The notes beneath the pieces were generated by a model. That model was not told the DNA's origin. It searched no databases and saw only the letters and a program-made list of their open reading frames with translations. From positions 7,958 through 71,957 of the forward strand of contig JAEDIE010000002.1 in NCBI GenBank assembly GCA_016296775.1: a stretch of DNA of 64,000 bases, in the 5' to 3' direction. Shown here in pieces: positions 18,573 to 28,542 of this stretch (position 1 is its first letter; each line of letters begins with the position of its first letter). Source of the stretch: Bacilli bacterium (lineage in GTDB: Bacteria > Bacillota_I > Bacilli_A > RFN20 > CAG-826). The position numbers and the translations under genes were made by a program.

Positions 18573-19421
18573 ATGGTAGAAAAAGCATATGCAAAAATTA
18601 ATCTTTCCTTAGATGTTTTGTCTAATCGTGATGATGGATATCATAATTTAGAAACTATCATGTTACCTCTTGAACTACATGATACATTAGATATTTCGGT
18701 CTTAAAAAATTCTACAGATGACTTTGTTACTTGTGATGATTTTAATCTTCAAATTGGAAAGTATAATTTGTGTCATAAATTAATCGAATGTGCTAGGAAA
18801 AAGTGGGGATTTACTGAGCATTTTAGAATTCATATTCATAAAAATATTTTCCTTCAAGCAGGTTTAGGTGGGGGTAGTGCTGATGCAGCTGCTACTTTAA
18901 GAGGTATTTTAAAATTATTAAAGATAAATGCTACAAGAGAAGAATTAATTGAATTGGCTTCTTCTATTGGATCAGATGTTCCTTGGGCAATTGAAAATAA
19001 GCCTTGTGTTGTAAAATACAAAGGTGAAATTTTAGAACCTTTTGATTTTAATAAAAAAGGATATGTTATATTGGTTAAACCAGAGAGTGGATTATCTACT
19101 CAAGAAATATTTACTAAATTAAATGAACAGGGATATACACCTAATTTAGGAATAAATGAGATAAAAGAAGCATTAGAAAACGATGATATCGAATACTTAA
19201 AAAATAATGTATTTAATTTATTAGAAACACCTGCCATTTCCACTCTTCCTGAAATTCAAGATATTAAAAACATGCTTAAAGAAGATGGGTTTGATGTTGT
19301 GTTAATGAGTGGAGCAGGTAGTACAGTTTTCGCATTAACAAGAGACTTTATATTAGCTAAAAAATCTTTAAATAAATATGAAAAAAAAGGATATCAAGTT
19401 GAATTAACTAAATTTCATTAA
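18573..19421 (+). CDS. ispE: 4-diphosphocytidyl-2-C-methyl-D-erythritol kinase (MEP pathway)
   Basis: 282 aa with AKINLSLDV, the GHMP kinase motif GLGGGSADAAA, and MSGAGSTVF. Confidence 0.9.
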   Translation: MVEKAYAKINLSLDVLSNRDDGYHNLETIMLPLELHDTLDISVLKNSTDDFVTCDDFNLQIGKYNLCHKLIECARKKWGFTEHFRIHIHKNIFLQAGLGGGSADAAATLRGILKLLKINATREELIELASSIGSDVPWAIENKPCVVKYKGEILEPFDFNKKGYVILVKPESGLSTQEIFTKLNEQGYTPNLGINEIKEALENDDIEYLKNNVFNLLETPAISTLPEIQDIKNMLKEDGFDVVLMSGAGSTVFALTRDFILAKKSLNKYEKKGYQVELTKFH

Positions 19422-19441
19422 CAAAGATTAGTCTTAAAATT

Positions 19442-19469
19442 AAGAGTTAACAAAAAGTTAACTCTTTTT
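19442..19469 (+). terminator. Rho-independent terminator after ispE
   Basis: AAGAGTTAAC-aaaaa-GTTAACTCTT followed by TTT. Confidence 0.7.
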
Positions 19470-19473
19470 AAAT

Positions 19474-19504
19474 GAAAAAACCTAAAGAAGGTTTCTTCTC
19501 TAGG
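19474..19504 (-). terminator. Rho-independent terminator after ppdK
   Basis: Minus strand CCTAGAGAAG-aaac-CTTCTTTAGG (one mismatch) followed by TTTTTT. Confidence 0.6.
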
Positions 19505-19528
19505 TCAAGGTTACTATTTAGTTATTAA

Positions 19529-22186
19529 CTATTTAGCTTTTCTTTTTAATAAGATTTCAGCTTGAGCAGCAGCTAATCTAGCGATTGGGACTCTGAATGG
19601 TGAACATGAAACATAATCAAGTCCAACTTCATTGAAGAATTGAATTGATTCTGGATCGCCGCCGTGTTCACCACAAACTCCACAAAGGAGTTCTGGTCTT
19701 GTTGTACGGCCATCTTTAACTGCCATCTTAATTAATTTACCGACACCTTTTTGATCGACGTGTTGGAATGGATCTTCTTCAAAGATCTTGTTGTCATAGT
19801 ATGAACCTAAGAACTTAGAAGCATCATCACGAGAGAATCCAAATGTCATTTGGGTTAAGTCGTTTGTACCAAAGCTGTAGAATTCGGCTTCTTTAGCAAT
19901 TTCACCACTTAATAAAGCAGCTCTTGGAATTTCGATCATTGTACCGACATGGTATTTCATATTAACACCATTTTCAGCGATTACTTTATCAGCTTCAGCT
20001 GTAATGATAGCTTTAACAAACTTAAATTCTTTTAAGTCTAATGTTAATGGAATCATAATTTCTGGTTCGATGTCTTTGCCAGTATCTTTGCTTGCTTTGA
20101 TAGCAGCTTCGATAATAGCTCTTGTTTGCATTCTACCGATTTCTGGATAGGTAACATCAAGTCTACATCCTCTATGTCCCATCATTGGGTTGAATTCGTG
20201 TAAGTATTCGATTCTATCTTTAATTTCTTTGACTGATTTATTTAATGATTTTGCTAATTCTTCAATCTTATCTTCTTCTTGTGGAAGGAATTCGTGAAGA
20301 GGTGGGTCAAGTAAACGAACATTAACATTGATGTGTTTAAGATCTTTCATGGACATATATAATCCATAGAAGTCATCTCTTTGATATGGAAGTAATTCTG
20401 CTAAAGCTTCTTCTCTTTGTTCAAGAGTGTCAGCAAGAATCATTCTTCTCATGTGGAAGATTCTGTCTTTATTGAAGAACATATGTTCTGTTCTACATAA
20501 ACCAATACCATCAGCACCAAATTCAGCAGCTTGAATAGCATCTTTTGGAGTATCAGCATTAGTTCTGATTGATAATCTTCTATATTTATCAGCTAATTTC
20601 ATCATTCTTCCGAAATTACCTGCTTTTGTATCTGCTGGAACAAGTTTCATACTTCCTTCGTAGACGCTTCCGGTGGAACCATCAAGTGAAAGTGTATCGC
20701 CTTTTCCATAGACTTTGCCATTGATTGTAACTGTTTCTTTTTCTTCGTTAACAATAGCAGCACTACAACCTGTGATACAGCATTTACCCATACCACGAGC
20801 AACGACTGCGGCGTGTGATGTCATACCACCACGCATTGTTAAGATACCTTCACTAGCGACCATACCTTCAATATCTTCTGGAGATGTTTCGGCTCTAACA
20901 AGAATAACTTTTTCGCCTTTTGAATGTCTTTCTTCAGCATCTTTAGCATTGAAGCTTAAATGTCCAACACCTGCACCTGGAGAAGCTGGGTTACCAACTC
21001 CAATAGGAGTAGCTTTCTTTAATTCTTTTGTATCGAATGTTGGGTGGAGTAAACTATCTAATAATTTTGGTTCAACTCTTAAGACTGCTTCGTCTTCAGT
21101 AATTTTGCCTTCATCTAATAAATCTAAAGCAATTTGTAAAGCAGCAGCAGCTGTTCTCTTACCGTTTCTTGTTTGTAAGAAGAATAATTTTCCGTTTTCG
21201 ACGGTATATTCCATATCTTGCATATCTTTGTAATGCTCTTCCATAGCTTTAATGGTTCTTTCAAATTGAGCATAGACATCTGGCATTTGATCTTTTAAGT
21301 AATCGATATGGAATGGAGTTCTAATACCTGCAACAACGTCTTCACCTTGAGCTTGTGGAAGGTATTCAGCATAAACTTGTTTTGCACCAGTTGATGGATC
21401 TCTTGAGAAGGCAACACCAGTACCTGAATTTTCGTTTAAGTTTCCGAAAACCATTGATTGAACGTTAACAGCTGTTCCCCATTCATAAGGAATGGAGTTC
21501 ATTTTTCTATAAACGTTGGCTCTTGGATTATCCCATGATCTGAAAACTGCTGTAACAGCTTCATGTAATTGATCATAAGCATTTGTTGGGAATTCTTCGC
21601 CAAATGTTTCTTTATAGTATGCTTTATAATCGCTAACTAATACTTTTAATTGTTCACATGTAACTTCTGTATCAAGTTTGTATCCATTATCTTCTTTAAT
21701 TTTTTCAAGCATAGCATCCATGTTTGTTCTTGGATGACCTTTAGCAATATTTGTGAACATTAAGATAAATCTACGATATGAATCGTAAGCAAATCTTTCA
21801 TTACCGCTTAATTCAGCTAATTTTTTAACTGTAACATCATTTAAACCAAGGTTAAGGATTGTATCCATCATACCTGGCATTGAGACTCTAGCACCACTAC
21901 GAACGGAGACAAGAAGAGGCATTTTTTCTGGATCAGCTCCACCAAATGTTTTTCCTGTTTGTTCTTCAACTGCTCTAATTCCAGCATCGATTTGAGCAAT
22001 GAGTTCTTCTGGCATCATTTTGCCACTATCATAATAAAGAGTGCATGCTTCTGTTGAAACTGTAAATCCTTGTGGAATTGGGACACCAATGTGTGTCATT
22101 TCGGCAAGTCCAGCACCCTTTCCTCCAAGAAGCTCTTTTCCTAATCCATAAGCTTCATTAAAGAGGTAAACATATTTTTTTGACAT
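19529..22186 (-). CDS. ppdK: Pyruvate, phosphate dikinase
   Basis: About 885 aa with GGKGAGLAEM, the phosphohistidine region GGMTSHAAVVARG, and the PEP-utilising C-terminus GLDYVSCSP. The start is set at the second ATG (MSKKYVYLF), which has a GGAGG RBS. Confidence 0.97.
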   Translation of the reverse strand: MSKKYVYLFNEAYGLGKELLGGKGAGLAEMTHIGVPIPQGFTVSTEACTLYYDSGKMMPEELIAQIDAGIRAVEEQTGKTFGGADPEKMPLLVSVRSGARVSMPGMMDTILNLGLNDVTVKKLAELSGNERFAYDSYRRFILMFTNIAKGHPRTNMDAMLEKIKEDNGYKLDTEVTCEQLKVLVSDYKAYYKETFGEEFPTNAYDQLHEAVTAVFRSWDNPRANVYRKMNSIPYEWGTAVNVQSMVFGNLNENSGTGVAFSRDPSTGAKQVYAEYLPQAQGEDVVAGIRTPFHIDYLKDQMPDVYAQFERTIKAMEEHYKDMQDMEYTVENGKLFFLQTRNGKRTAAAALQIALDLLDEGKITEDEAVLRVEPKLLDSLLHPTFDTKELKKATPIGVGNPASPGAGVGHLSFNAKDAEERHSKGEKVILVRAETSPEDIEGMVASEGILTMRGGMTSHAAVVARGMGKCCITGCSAAIVNEEKETVTINGKVYGKGDTLSLDGSTGSVYEGSMKLVPADTKAGNFGRMMKLADKYRRLSIRTNADTPKDAIQAAEFGADGIGLCRTEHMFFNKDRIFHMRRMILADTLEQREEALAELLPYQRDDFYGLYMSMKDLKHINVNVRLLDPPLHEFLPQEEDKIEELAKSLNKSVKEIKDRIEYLHEFNPMMGHRGCRLDVTYPEIGRMQTRAIIEAAIKASKDTGKDIEPEIMIPLTLDLKEFKFVKAIITAEADKVIAENGVNMKYHVGTMIEIPRAALLSGEIAKEAEFYSFGTNDLTQMTFGFSRDDASKFLGSYYDNKIFEEDPFQHVDQKGVGKLIKMAVKDGRTTRPELLCGVCGEHGGDPESIQFFNEVGLDYVSCSPFRVPIARLAAAQAEILLKRKAK

Positions 22187-22355
22187 TTCTTTTCCTCCAA
22201 AAATAAATGTAGTCAAATAACCACGATGTTAGTATATCATTTTATATCTTTGATATAAATAAAAAAATACGTGTAAAAGTTATATTTTTAAATCCAAATA
22301 ATTGCTATATGAACTCATATTTATCTTGAAAATATATGCAAAATATTTGTTTATT

Positions 22356-22384
22356 TTGTGTTTTATTTTTTTTAATTTTATAAT
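22356..22384 (+). promoter_or_regulatory. Candidate promoter giving a leaderless FGGY-kinase mRNA
   Basis: TTGTGT (22356-22361), a 17 nt spacer, then TATAAT (22379-22384). Only 6 nt separate the -10 from the ATG at 22391, and no SD is visible. Confidence 0.35.
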
Positions 22385-22390
22385 ATAAAT

Positions 22391-23962
22391 ATGTATAAAG
22401 ATCCAGTTATTGCAATAGATTTTGGAACACAAAGTGTTAGAGCATCGATAATAAATGATAAAGGTGAATTCCTTGCGTTTGAAAAGGTTGCTTATGAACA
22501 ACCTTATTTTTCAGTTAAACCTGGATATTGTGAACAAGATCCAAATTTCTACTATGAATGTATGTGTAAAGCTACAAAAGCTTTAGTAGAAAAGAATAAG
22601 GATTTAGTAGAGAAATGTAAATATTTTTCGATTACTTCATTTAGAGATACTGCTGCTTATTTAGATGAAAATTACAAGGTCGTTAGGCCTTCTATTATTT
22701 GGTTAGATCAAAGACAAGCTAGATTAGACGAAAAAATGCCTTTCTTATATTCTTTAATTTTTGGTGTTATTGGAATGACTCAAACAGTCTTGTTTAATAG
22801 GAAAAGAACTCCAGCTCATTGGATTAAAGAAAACGAAAAAGAAAATCGGGAAAAGATTAAATATTATGTTCCTTTAACATCATATTTTAATTATAGATTA
22901 ATTGGTGTTTTAGGCGATGGATCTTCAAATATGATAGGTCATTTTCCTATTAATTTCAGAAAAGGGGAATGGTACAAATCAGATAAACATATAAAAGGTT
23001 GTATGTTTGGAATACCTTTAAAAAAATTACCAAAAATATTTAAAACTGGTGAAGTGATTGGCGAAATTACTCCATTAGGACATATGGAATCTGGGTTACC
23101 TGTAGGATTAAAATTTATTACTACAGGAAATGATAAGAGTTGTGAAGCTTTAGGAAGCGGAGCAATTAGTTCAGATTTTGCTCATATTAGTTATGGAACA
23201 GCTAGTTCAATTGCTGTTACAAAACAAAAATATTTTGAACCTGAAAAATTCTTACCAGCGTATACTTGTTGTTACAAGGGATGGTTTACAGGTGAAACGC
23301 AAGTATATAGAGGATATTGGATGTTAACTTGGTTTACAAAAGAATTTGCTAAAAACGAAACAATGGAAGCAACCCTAGAAAGAATAGCTCCAGAAGAACT
23401 TTTGAATAAAAAACTTAGTGAAATCCCACCTGGAAGTGATGGTTTAATTCTTCAACCATATTGGGGACCATCATTAAGCAAACCATTAGCTAAAGGTGCT
23501 ATTATTGGATTCTTTGATGTTCATACAAAGTATCATATTTATAAAGCAATAATTGAAGGTATTGCTTATGAATTAAAAAACGGATTAATTGGAATTCAAA
23601 AGAAAGTTCATAAAAAAGTTAAATATCTTACTATTAGTGGAGGCGGAAGTAAGAGTGATGCTATTTGCCAAATAACATCTGATATATTTAACCTTCCAGT
23701 AATTAAAACTAACACATATGAAACAAGTTCGTTAGGATGTGCTATGGCTCAATATTTAGCTTTAGGAAGATACACTTCTTTAGAAGAACTTAAAGATAAT
23801 ATGGTTAAAGAGAAAATTGTATTTAAACCTAATAAAGAAGCAAGTAAAAAATATGAATATTTGTTTGAAAAAGTTTATACAAATATATATCCAAATTTAA
23901 AGAAAGAATATAAAAAATTAACTGAATATCTTCAAGAAAATAATGAAGGAATAATTAAATAA
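22391..23962 (+). CDS. FGGY-family carbohydrate kinase (substrate unknown)
   Basis: 523 aa with the N-terminal IAIDFGTQSVRASI, plus the FGGY_N and FGGY_C signatures (GTASS, ISGGGSKSD). Confidence 0.85.
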   Translation: MYKDPVIAIDFGTQSVRASIINDKGEFLAFEKVAYEQPYFSVKPGYCEQDPNFYYECMCKATKALVEKNKDLVEKCKYFSITSFRDTAAYLDENYKVVRPSIIWLDQRQARLDEKMPFLYSLIFGVIGMTQTVLFNRKRTPAHWIKENEKENREKIKYYVPLTSYFNYRLIGVLGDGSSNMIGHFPINFRKGEWYKSDKHIKGCMFGIPLKKLPKIFKTGEVIGEITPLGHMESGLPVGLKFITTGNDKSCEALGSGAISSDFAHISYGTASSIAVTKQKYFEPEKFLPAYTCCYKGWFTGETQVYRGYWMLTWFTKEFAKNETMEATLERIAPEELLNKKLSEIPPGSDGLILQPYWGPSLSKPLAKGAIIGFFDVHTKYHIYKAIIEGIAYELKNGLIGIQKKVHKKVKYLTISGGGSKSDAICQITSDIFNLPVIKTNTYETSSLGCAMAQYLALGRYTSLEELKDNMVKEKIVFKPNKEASKKYEYLFEKVYTNIYPNLKKEYKKLTEYLQENNEGIIK

Positions 23963-23964
23963 TA

Positions 23965-23992
23965 AAAAGGTTCATCAAACGATGAACCTTTT
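23965..23992. terminator. Bidirectional terminator shared by the convergent kinase and ABC exporter genes
   Basis: AAAAGGTTCATC-aaac-GATGAACCTTTT, with A and T runs on both sides. Confidence 0.7.
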
Positions 23993-24018
23993 AAAAACCC
24001 TATGTTTTCCTTACTATT

Positions 24019-26076
24019 TTAACTTTCAAGTACGTCATTTTCTTGCTCTTTCATTGGATTAACACCACTAAATTGAGCATTATATAAGTCAGCATAGAAG
24101 CCTTTCTTTTCTAATAATTCTTTATGAGTACCGGTTTCTACAATATGTCCTTTTTTCATAACAATAATTAATTTAGCATTTTTAATTGTTGATAATCTAT
24201 GGGCAATAACGAAACTTGTTTTGTTTTTCATAATTCTATCTAAAGCATCTTGAATTTGAGATTCAGTTCTTGTATCAACAGAACTTGTTGCTTCATCAAG
24301 AATTAAAATTTTAGGTTTAGAAATAATAGCTCTAGCAATTGTTAATAATTGTCTTTGGCCTTGGGAAATATTATTTCCGTCTTCATTTAATACATAATTA
24401 AATTGACCAGGCAATGTTTCAATAAAATGATAAATATGAGCTTCTTTACAAGCTTTAATTATCTCTTCATCTGTAGCGTTTTGATCACCAAATAATAAGT
24501 TATCTTTAATAGTTCCTTTGAATAACCATGTATCTTGAAGAACCATACCAATTGAACCTCTTAAGGTGTCCATTGCATAAGAAGTTGTAGGTAAATCATC
24601 TAATAATATGTTTCCGCTATTTAATTCGTAGAATCTCATAATTAAGTTAACCATTGTTGTTTTTCCAGCTCCAGTTGGTCCAACAATAGCAACCATATCA
24701 CCAGTATTAATTTTTAAATTAAAATCATCTATTAAAGGTTTATTTTTTACATATCTAAATGAAACATCTTTAAATTCAAATTTTCCTTTAATCACTTCTT
24801 CATTAGTTTCAACTTTTTGTTTCTTAAATTCGGTGTATCTATATTCACCAACTTTATCAAAAACATATGTATTTCCTACATGTTTTAATGTTTTGTCTTC
24901 AAATTCGATAGATGTAGAATAATTACCTTTACAGTGAGTATTGAAGGTAATTGAGCTTCCTACTTTAAATTCATTTGGATAGGTTGGTTTTTCGACAATT
25001 TTAATTGTTTTACTATTAACAAATTTGTTATCAAAATAATGACCATCCTTAACAGTTTCTTCTTGATCTAATAATTCATAAATTCTTTCACCACTTGCAA
25101 CTACAGATTGAATAACATTGAATATTTGTCCAATTTGTTGGAATGGTCTACTAAACATATTTAAGAATAAGAAGAAAGTTAACATTGAGACTGGATCATT
25201 AAGTAATCCACCAACAACAGCAATAGCAACATAAGCTACGTTATTAATAAAGATGGTTGATGGGAAAATAAATCCAGATAAGAATTGTGAGAAATAATCG
25301 GCTTTAGCAAGTACTTTATTCTTGTTTTCAAATTGATGAATTGTATCTTCTTCTTTATTAAATAATTTAATTATTTGATAGCCAGCATAACTTTCTTCAA
25401 TTTGTCCATTTAATACACCAAGTTGCTTTCTATAATTAGAGAATTGTTTTCCACTAAATTTAGAAATTCCTAAAACTAATAATAATGTAAATGGTAATGA
25501 GCAAAGAGCAACGAGTGCAAGTTGCCATTTAACAACAAGCATTGCTATTACTGTTCCTATAAATAAGGTAACGCTAACAAATATTTGTGTGATAATTTGA
25601 GTTAAATTTCTTGAAATATTATCTACATCGTTGGTTCCAATAGATAATGTGTCTCCATAAGGTGTTTTATCAAAATAAGAAAGAGGAAGTGTTGAAAGTT
25701 TTCTCTGTACTTTTTCTCTCATTTTGTAGGCGTATCTAGCACTAATTCCTGTAGCTAAATATTGAGAAGCAAATTGACATAATGCTCCAGCAATATAGAA
25801 AAGAAGTAATGTTCCAAAACTACTTAAGAAGACATCCCATTGAACTTTAATAGAGGCTGTTTGCATATCAACAGTAAGAATATTATTTGAACTAATATCC
25901 ATAATTGTTTTCATGAATACAGCTCCAAGAATACTTAATACTGCACTAATCATTGAGAATATAACAACAACAATAATAAGCACTTTTTCGTCTTTAAAAT
26001 CTATAATCATTCTTTTTAAAGACTTTTTAAAATTCTTTGGTTTTGATTTTGCTTGTCTATTTCCATGTGGTGGCAT
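24019..26076 (-). CDS. ABC exporter subunit (fused TMD-NBD, type I exporter) with an extra linker domain
   Basis: 685 aa with six-TM ABC_membrane features, the Walker A GPTGAGKTT, the signature ISQGQRQ and the Walker B ILILDEATS. About 85 extra residues lie between the TMD and NBD. Confidence 0.9.
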   Translation of the reverse strand: MPPHGNRQAKSKPKNFKKSLKRMIIDFKDEKVLIIVVVIFSMISAVLSILGAVFMKTIMDISSNNILTVDMQTASIKVQWDVFLSSFGTLLLFYIAGALCQFASQYLATGISARYAYKMREKVQRKLSTLPLSYFDKTPYGDTLSIGTNDVDNISRNLTQIITQIFVSVTLFIGTVIAMLVVKWQLALVALCSLPFTLLLVLGISKFSGKQFSNYRKQLGVLNGQIEESYAGYQIIKLFNKEEDTIHQFENKNKVLAKADYFSQFLSGFIFPSTIFINNVAYVAIAVVGGLLNDPVSMLTFFLFLNMFSRPFQQIGQIFNVIQSVVASGERIYELLDQEETVKDGHYFDNKFVNSKTIKIVEKPTYPNEFKVGSSITFNTHCKGNYSTSIEFEDKTLKHVGNTYVFDKVGEYRYTEFKKQKVETNEEVIKGKFEFKDVSFRYVKNKPLIDDFNLKINTGDMVAIVGPTGAGKTTMVNLIMRFYELNSGNILLDDLPTTSYAMDTLRGSIGMVLQDTWLFKGTIKDNLLFGDQNATDEEIIKACKEAHIYHFIETLPGQFNYVLNEDGNNISQGQRQLLTIARAIISKPKILILDEATSSVDTRTESQIQDALDRIMKNKTSFVIAHRLSTIKNAKLIIVMKKGHIVETGTHKELLEKKGFYADLYNAQFSGVNPMKEQENDVLES

Positions 26077-26077
26077 A

Positions 26078-27910
26078 TTAATTACCTCCTTCTGATTTGA
26101 TTGAATTTAACATATTAATTGTTTGTTCAACCTCTTCTGGATCTAATTGTGATTTAACAATATCTTGATAGATAGGACAACTCTTAAGAAGTTCAGCATG
26201 AGTTCCTTGGCCAACACATTTGCCTTCATTAAGAACAATAATATTATCTGCATCAAGAATTGAAGAAACTCTTTGAGCAACAATAATAATTGAACTATTA
26301 GTTGTATATTTCTTTAGTGCTTGTCTTAATTTAGCATCAGTTTTAAAGTCTAATGCACTAAAAGAATCGTCAAATACATATATTTCTGGTTTTTTAACTA
26401 AAGCTCTAGCGATGCAAAGTCTTTGTTTTTGTCCTCCACTAAAATTCTTTCCACCTTGAGAAACAAATGTTTTTATTCCTTCTGGAAGTTTAGAAATAAA
26501 GTGTTCGGTTTGAGCAACTGATAAAGCTTCTAAAACTTCTTCTTCAGTTGCATCTTTGTTTCCAAATCTAATATTATCTTCAATTGTTCCACTAAATAAG
26601 AGAGCTTGTTGAGGAACAAAACCAATATTTTCTCTTAATGATTTTTGAGGAATATCTTTAATGTTATATCCATCTAATTTGATCTCTCCTTTTGTAGGAT
26701 CAAAGAATCTGGGAATAAGATTAATTAAAGTTGATTTTCCACTACCAGTTGAACCAATAATAGCTGTAGTTGTACCAGGTTTAGTTTTAAAAGAAATATT
26801 TTCTAAAATTGGAAGTTCAGCATCTGGATAGGCAAAAGATACATTATTGAATTCAATTACACCTCTTTCTCTTTCATTAAATTTGTTTTCATCAAATAAT
26901 GAATGGTCACACTCTTTAACAGTATCTTCACATTTTAGTACTTCATTAATTCTAGACATTGAAGCCATTGTTTGAGGAAGTAAAACAATACAGAAAGCTA
27001 ACATAATGAATGATTGCATAATTTGCATTGAATATTGGCTAACAACAACAATTCCTGAAATTTGATTTGCTAAAGCAGTAGTTTCACGAATTGCTGTTCC
27101 TTCCATTAAAAAATATCCAAAAGCAAAGATAGCAACATAAGCTACATTAAAGAAAATGTTGATGATTGGATCAACTCCAGCCATAATTCGATTGGCTTTT
27201 AATATGGTTTTTGAACCAATAAAGTTAACTTCATCAAATTTTTTGTTTTCTGTTTTTTGTTGATTGTATGCTCTAATAACTCTTATACCTGTTAAATTTT
27301 CTCTTAAGACAATGGTAATGTTATCGATATTAATTTGTAATTGTTTAAATAAAGGTAAAGCTAATATTAAAAGGATAACAAGACATATAGCAATAAGAGG
27401 AATCACAACAGCTAATACTAAAGCTAATTGTGGATTTGTATAATCTTTTGTAAAAATTAAGACTAAAGCAATAACGATGTATGTTGGTGACATAACAAGC
27501 GTTCTAATTGCCATAATTAAGAAGTTTTTAATTTGTTCTATGTCGTTAGTTGTTCTAGTAATAAGAGATGCTGTTCCGAATTTAGAATAGTCAGATAATG
27601 AAAGTGTATTTACTTTCTTAAACATCTCTTCTCTTAAATCTTTAGCAACATGAGCAGATAAATATGTTCCAAAGAAGTTTTGGAAAGCTGCTAAAACAAA
27701 CACTCCTAATGATAAAAGAAGCATGTATCCTCCTTGAACCCAAATTTGAGATATGACATCATCAGGTTGAGGAACTTGAGTAATAATTGATTGAATGGAA
27801 TTCATTCTATCTGGTAATTGTAATTGTAAAAAACATTGAAGAATAATAGCTGCCCATACCAGTAAGACAAGCCACCATTTTTTCATAAGTACTTTGATTA
27901 ATTTTTTCAT
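26078..27910 (-). CDS. ABC exporter subunit (fused TMD-NBD), partner of the downstream gene
   Basis: 610 aa with the Walker A GSTGSGKST, the signature FSGGQKQR and the Walker B IYVFDDSFS. Confidence 0.9.
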   Translation of the reverse strand: MKKLIKVLMKKWWLVLLVWAAIILQCFLQLQLPDRMNSIQSIITQVPQPDDVISQIWVQGGYMLLLSLGVFVLAAFQNFFGTYLSAHVAKDLREEMFKKVNTLSLSDYSKFGTASLITRTTNDIEQIKNFLIMAIRTLVMSPTYIVIALVLIFTKDYTNPQLALVLAVVIPLIAICLVILLILALPLFKQLQINIDNITIVLRENLTGIRVIRAYNQQKTENKKFDEVNFIGSKTILKANRIMAGVDPIINIFFNVAYVAIFAFGYFLMEGTAIRETTALANQISGIVVVSQYSMQIMQSFIMLAFCIVLLPQTMASMSRINEVLKCEDTVKECDHSLFDENKFNERERGVIEFNNVSFAYPDAELPILENISFKTKPGTTTAIIGSTGSGKSTLINLIPRFFDPTKGEIKLDGYNIKDIPQKSLRENIGFVPQQALLFSGTIEDNIRFGNKDATEEEVLEALSVAQTEHFISKLPEGIKTFVSQGGKNFSGGQKQRLCIARALVKKPEIYVFDDSFSALDFKTDAKLRQALKKYTTNSSIIIVAQRVSSILDADNIIVLNEGKCVGQGTHAELLKSCPIYQDIVKSQLDPEEVEQTINMLNSIKSEGGN

Positions 27911-27914
27911 GTAA

Positions 27915-28505
27915 TTACCTCGAAATAATTTTAACTAATTCTTGAATGTTTAAGTTTTTAACCATTTCTGGATATCTAACTGTTGTATATAATAAACCTA
28001 ATAAATAATTTAGGTGTAATATTATTAATTCTTTTGGTTTAATATTTTTAAAATGTCCTTCTTTTTGGCAAAGCTTTATGACATCTTCTAGTTTTTTGTA
28101 CAACTTAAGTGTTGGTTCTGCTAGCTCTTTAGAAAGACTTTTATTTAATGGTAATGTAAAGAATAAGAATAAATAGTATCGCTTATGACTGTTTGAAACT
28201 ATTACGTTTAATAAATTTTCCATTACGTCTTTATATTTTTCATAATAAGAAATATCTAATTCCATAATTGCTTTAAAATCAATACTAATTACATCGTGTG
28301 ATTTAATTACTAGATCTATTAAAATGTCCTTTTTGTTTGTGTAGTAATGATAAATCAATCCATGGGAGCATTTAACTTTATTAGCTATATTATCCATGGA
28401 GACAGAATCAAAACCTTTTTTAACAAAAAGTTCTAACGCAGCATTTAATATTTCGCTTTTTCTTTTATCTTTTATAAGTTTGTTTTGTTGAATTGTTCTT
28501 GGCAT
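27915..28505 (-). CDS. TetR/AcrR-family transcriptional regulator
   Basis: 196 aa with an N-terminal HTH (ILNAALELFVKKGFDSVSMDNIANKVKCSHGLIYHYY). It is the first gene of the exporter operon. Confidence 0.9.
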   Translation of the reverse strand: MPRTIQQNKLIKDKRKSEILNAALELFVKKGFDSVSMDNIANKVKCSHGLIYHYYTNKKDILIDLVIKSHDVISIDFKAIMELDISYYEKYKDVMENLLNVIVSNSHKRYYLFLFFTLPLNKSLSKELAEPTLKLYKKLEDVIKLCQKEGHFKNIKPKELIILHLNYLLGLLYTTVRYPEMVKNLNIQELVKIISR

Positions 28506-28511
28506 ACGATA

Positions 28512-28542
28512 ATATTATTATCTATTGACAAAAGTGTCAATA
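28512..28542 (-). promoter_or_regulatory. TetR-operon promoter overlapped by a perfect inverted repeat (candidate TetR operator)
   Basis: The palindrome TATTGACA-aaag-TGTCAATA spans 28523-28542. The minus strand reads TTGACA, a 17 nt spacer, then TAATAT, leaving only 6 nt to the ATG. Confidence 0.5.

Noticed and set aside
20715-21233. A 172-aa plus-strand ORF antisense to ppdK, plus similar shadow ORFs antisense to gyrB (6425-7288), mfd, ftsH, gdpP and dnaB
   Set aside because: All lie fully inside strongly supported genes on the opposite strand. They have low-complexity Ser/Leu/Ile-rich translations and no RBS, which is typical of antisense shadow frames in AT-rich DNA.
22280-22501. A 73-aa minus-strand ORF spanning the ppdK/kinase intergenic region
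   Set aside because: It overlaps the well-supported FGGY kinase N-terminus and promoter. Its composition is extremely AT-driven (I/K/Y/N), and it has no RBS.
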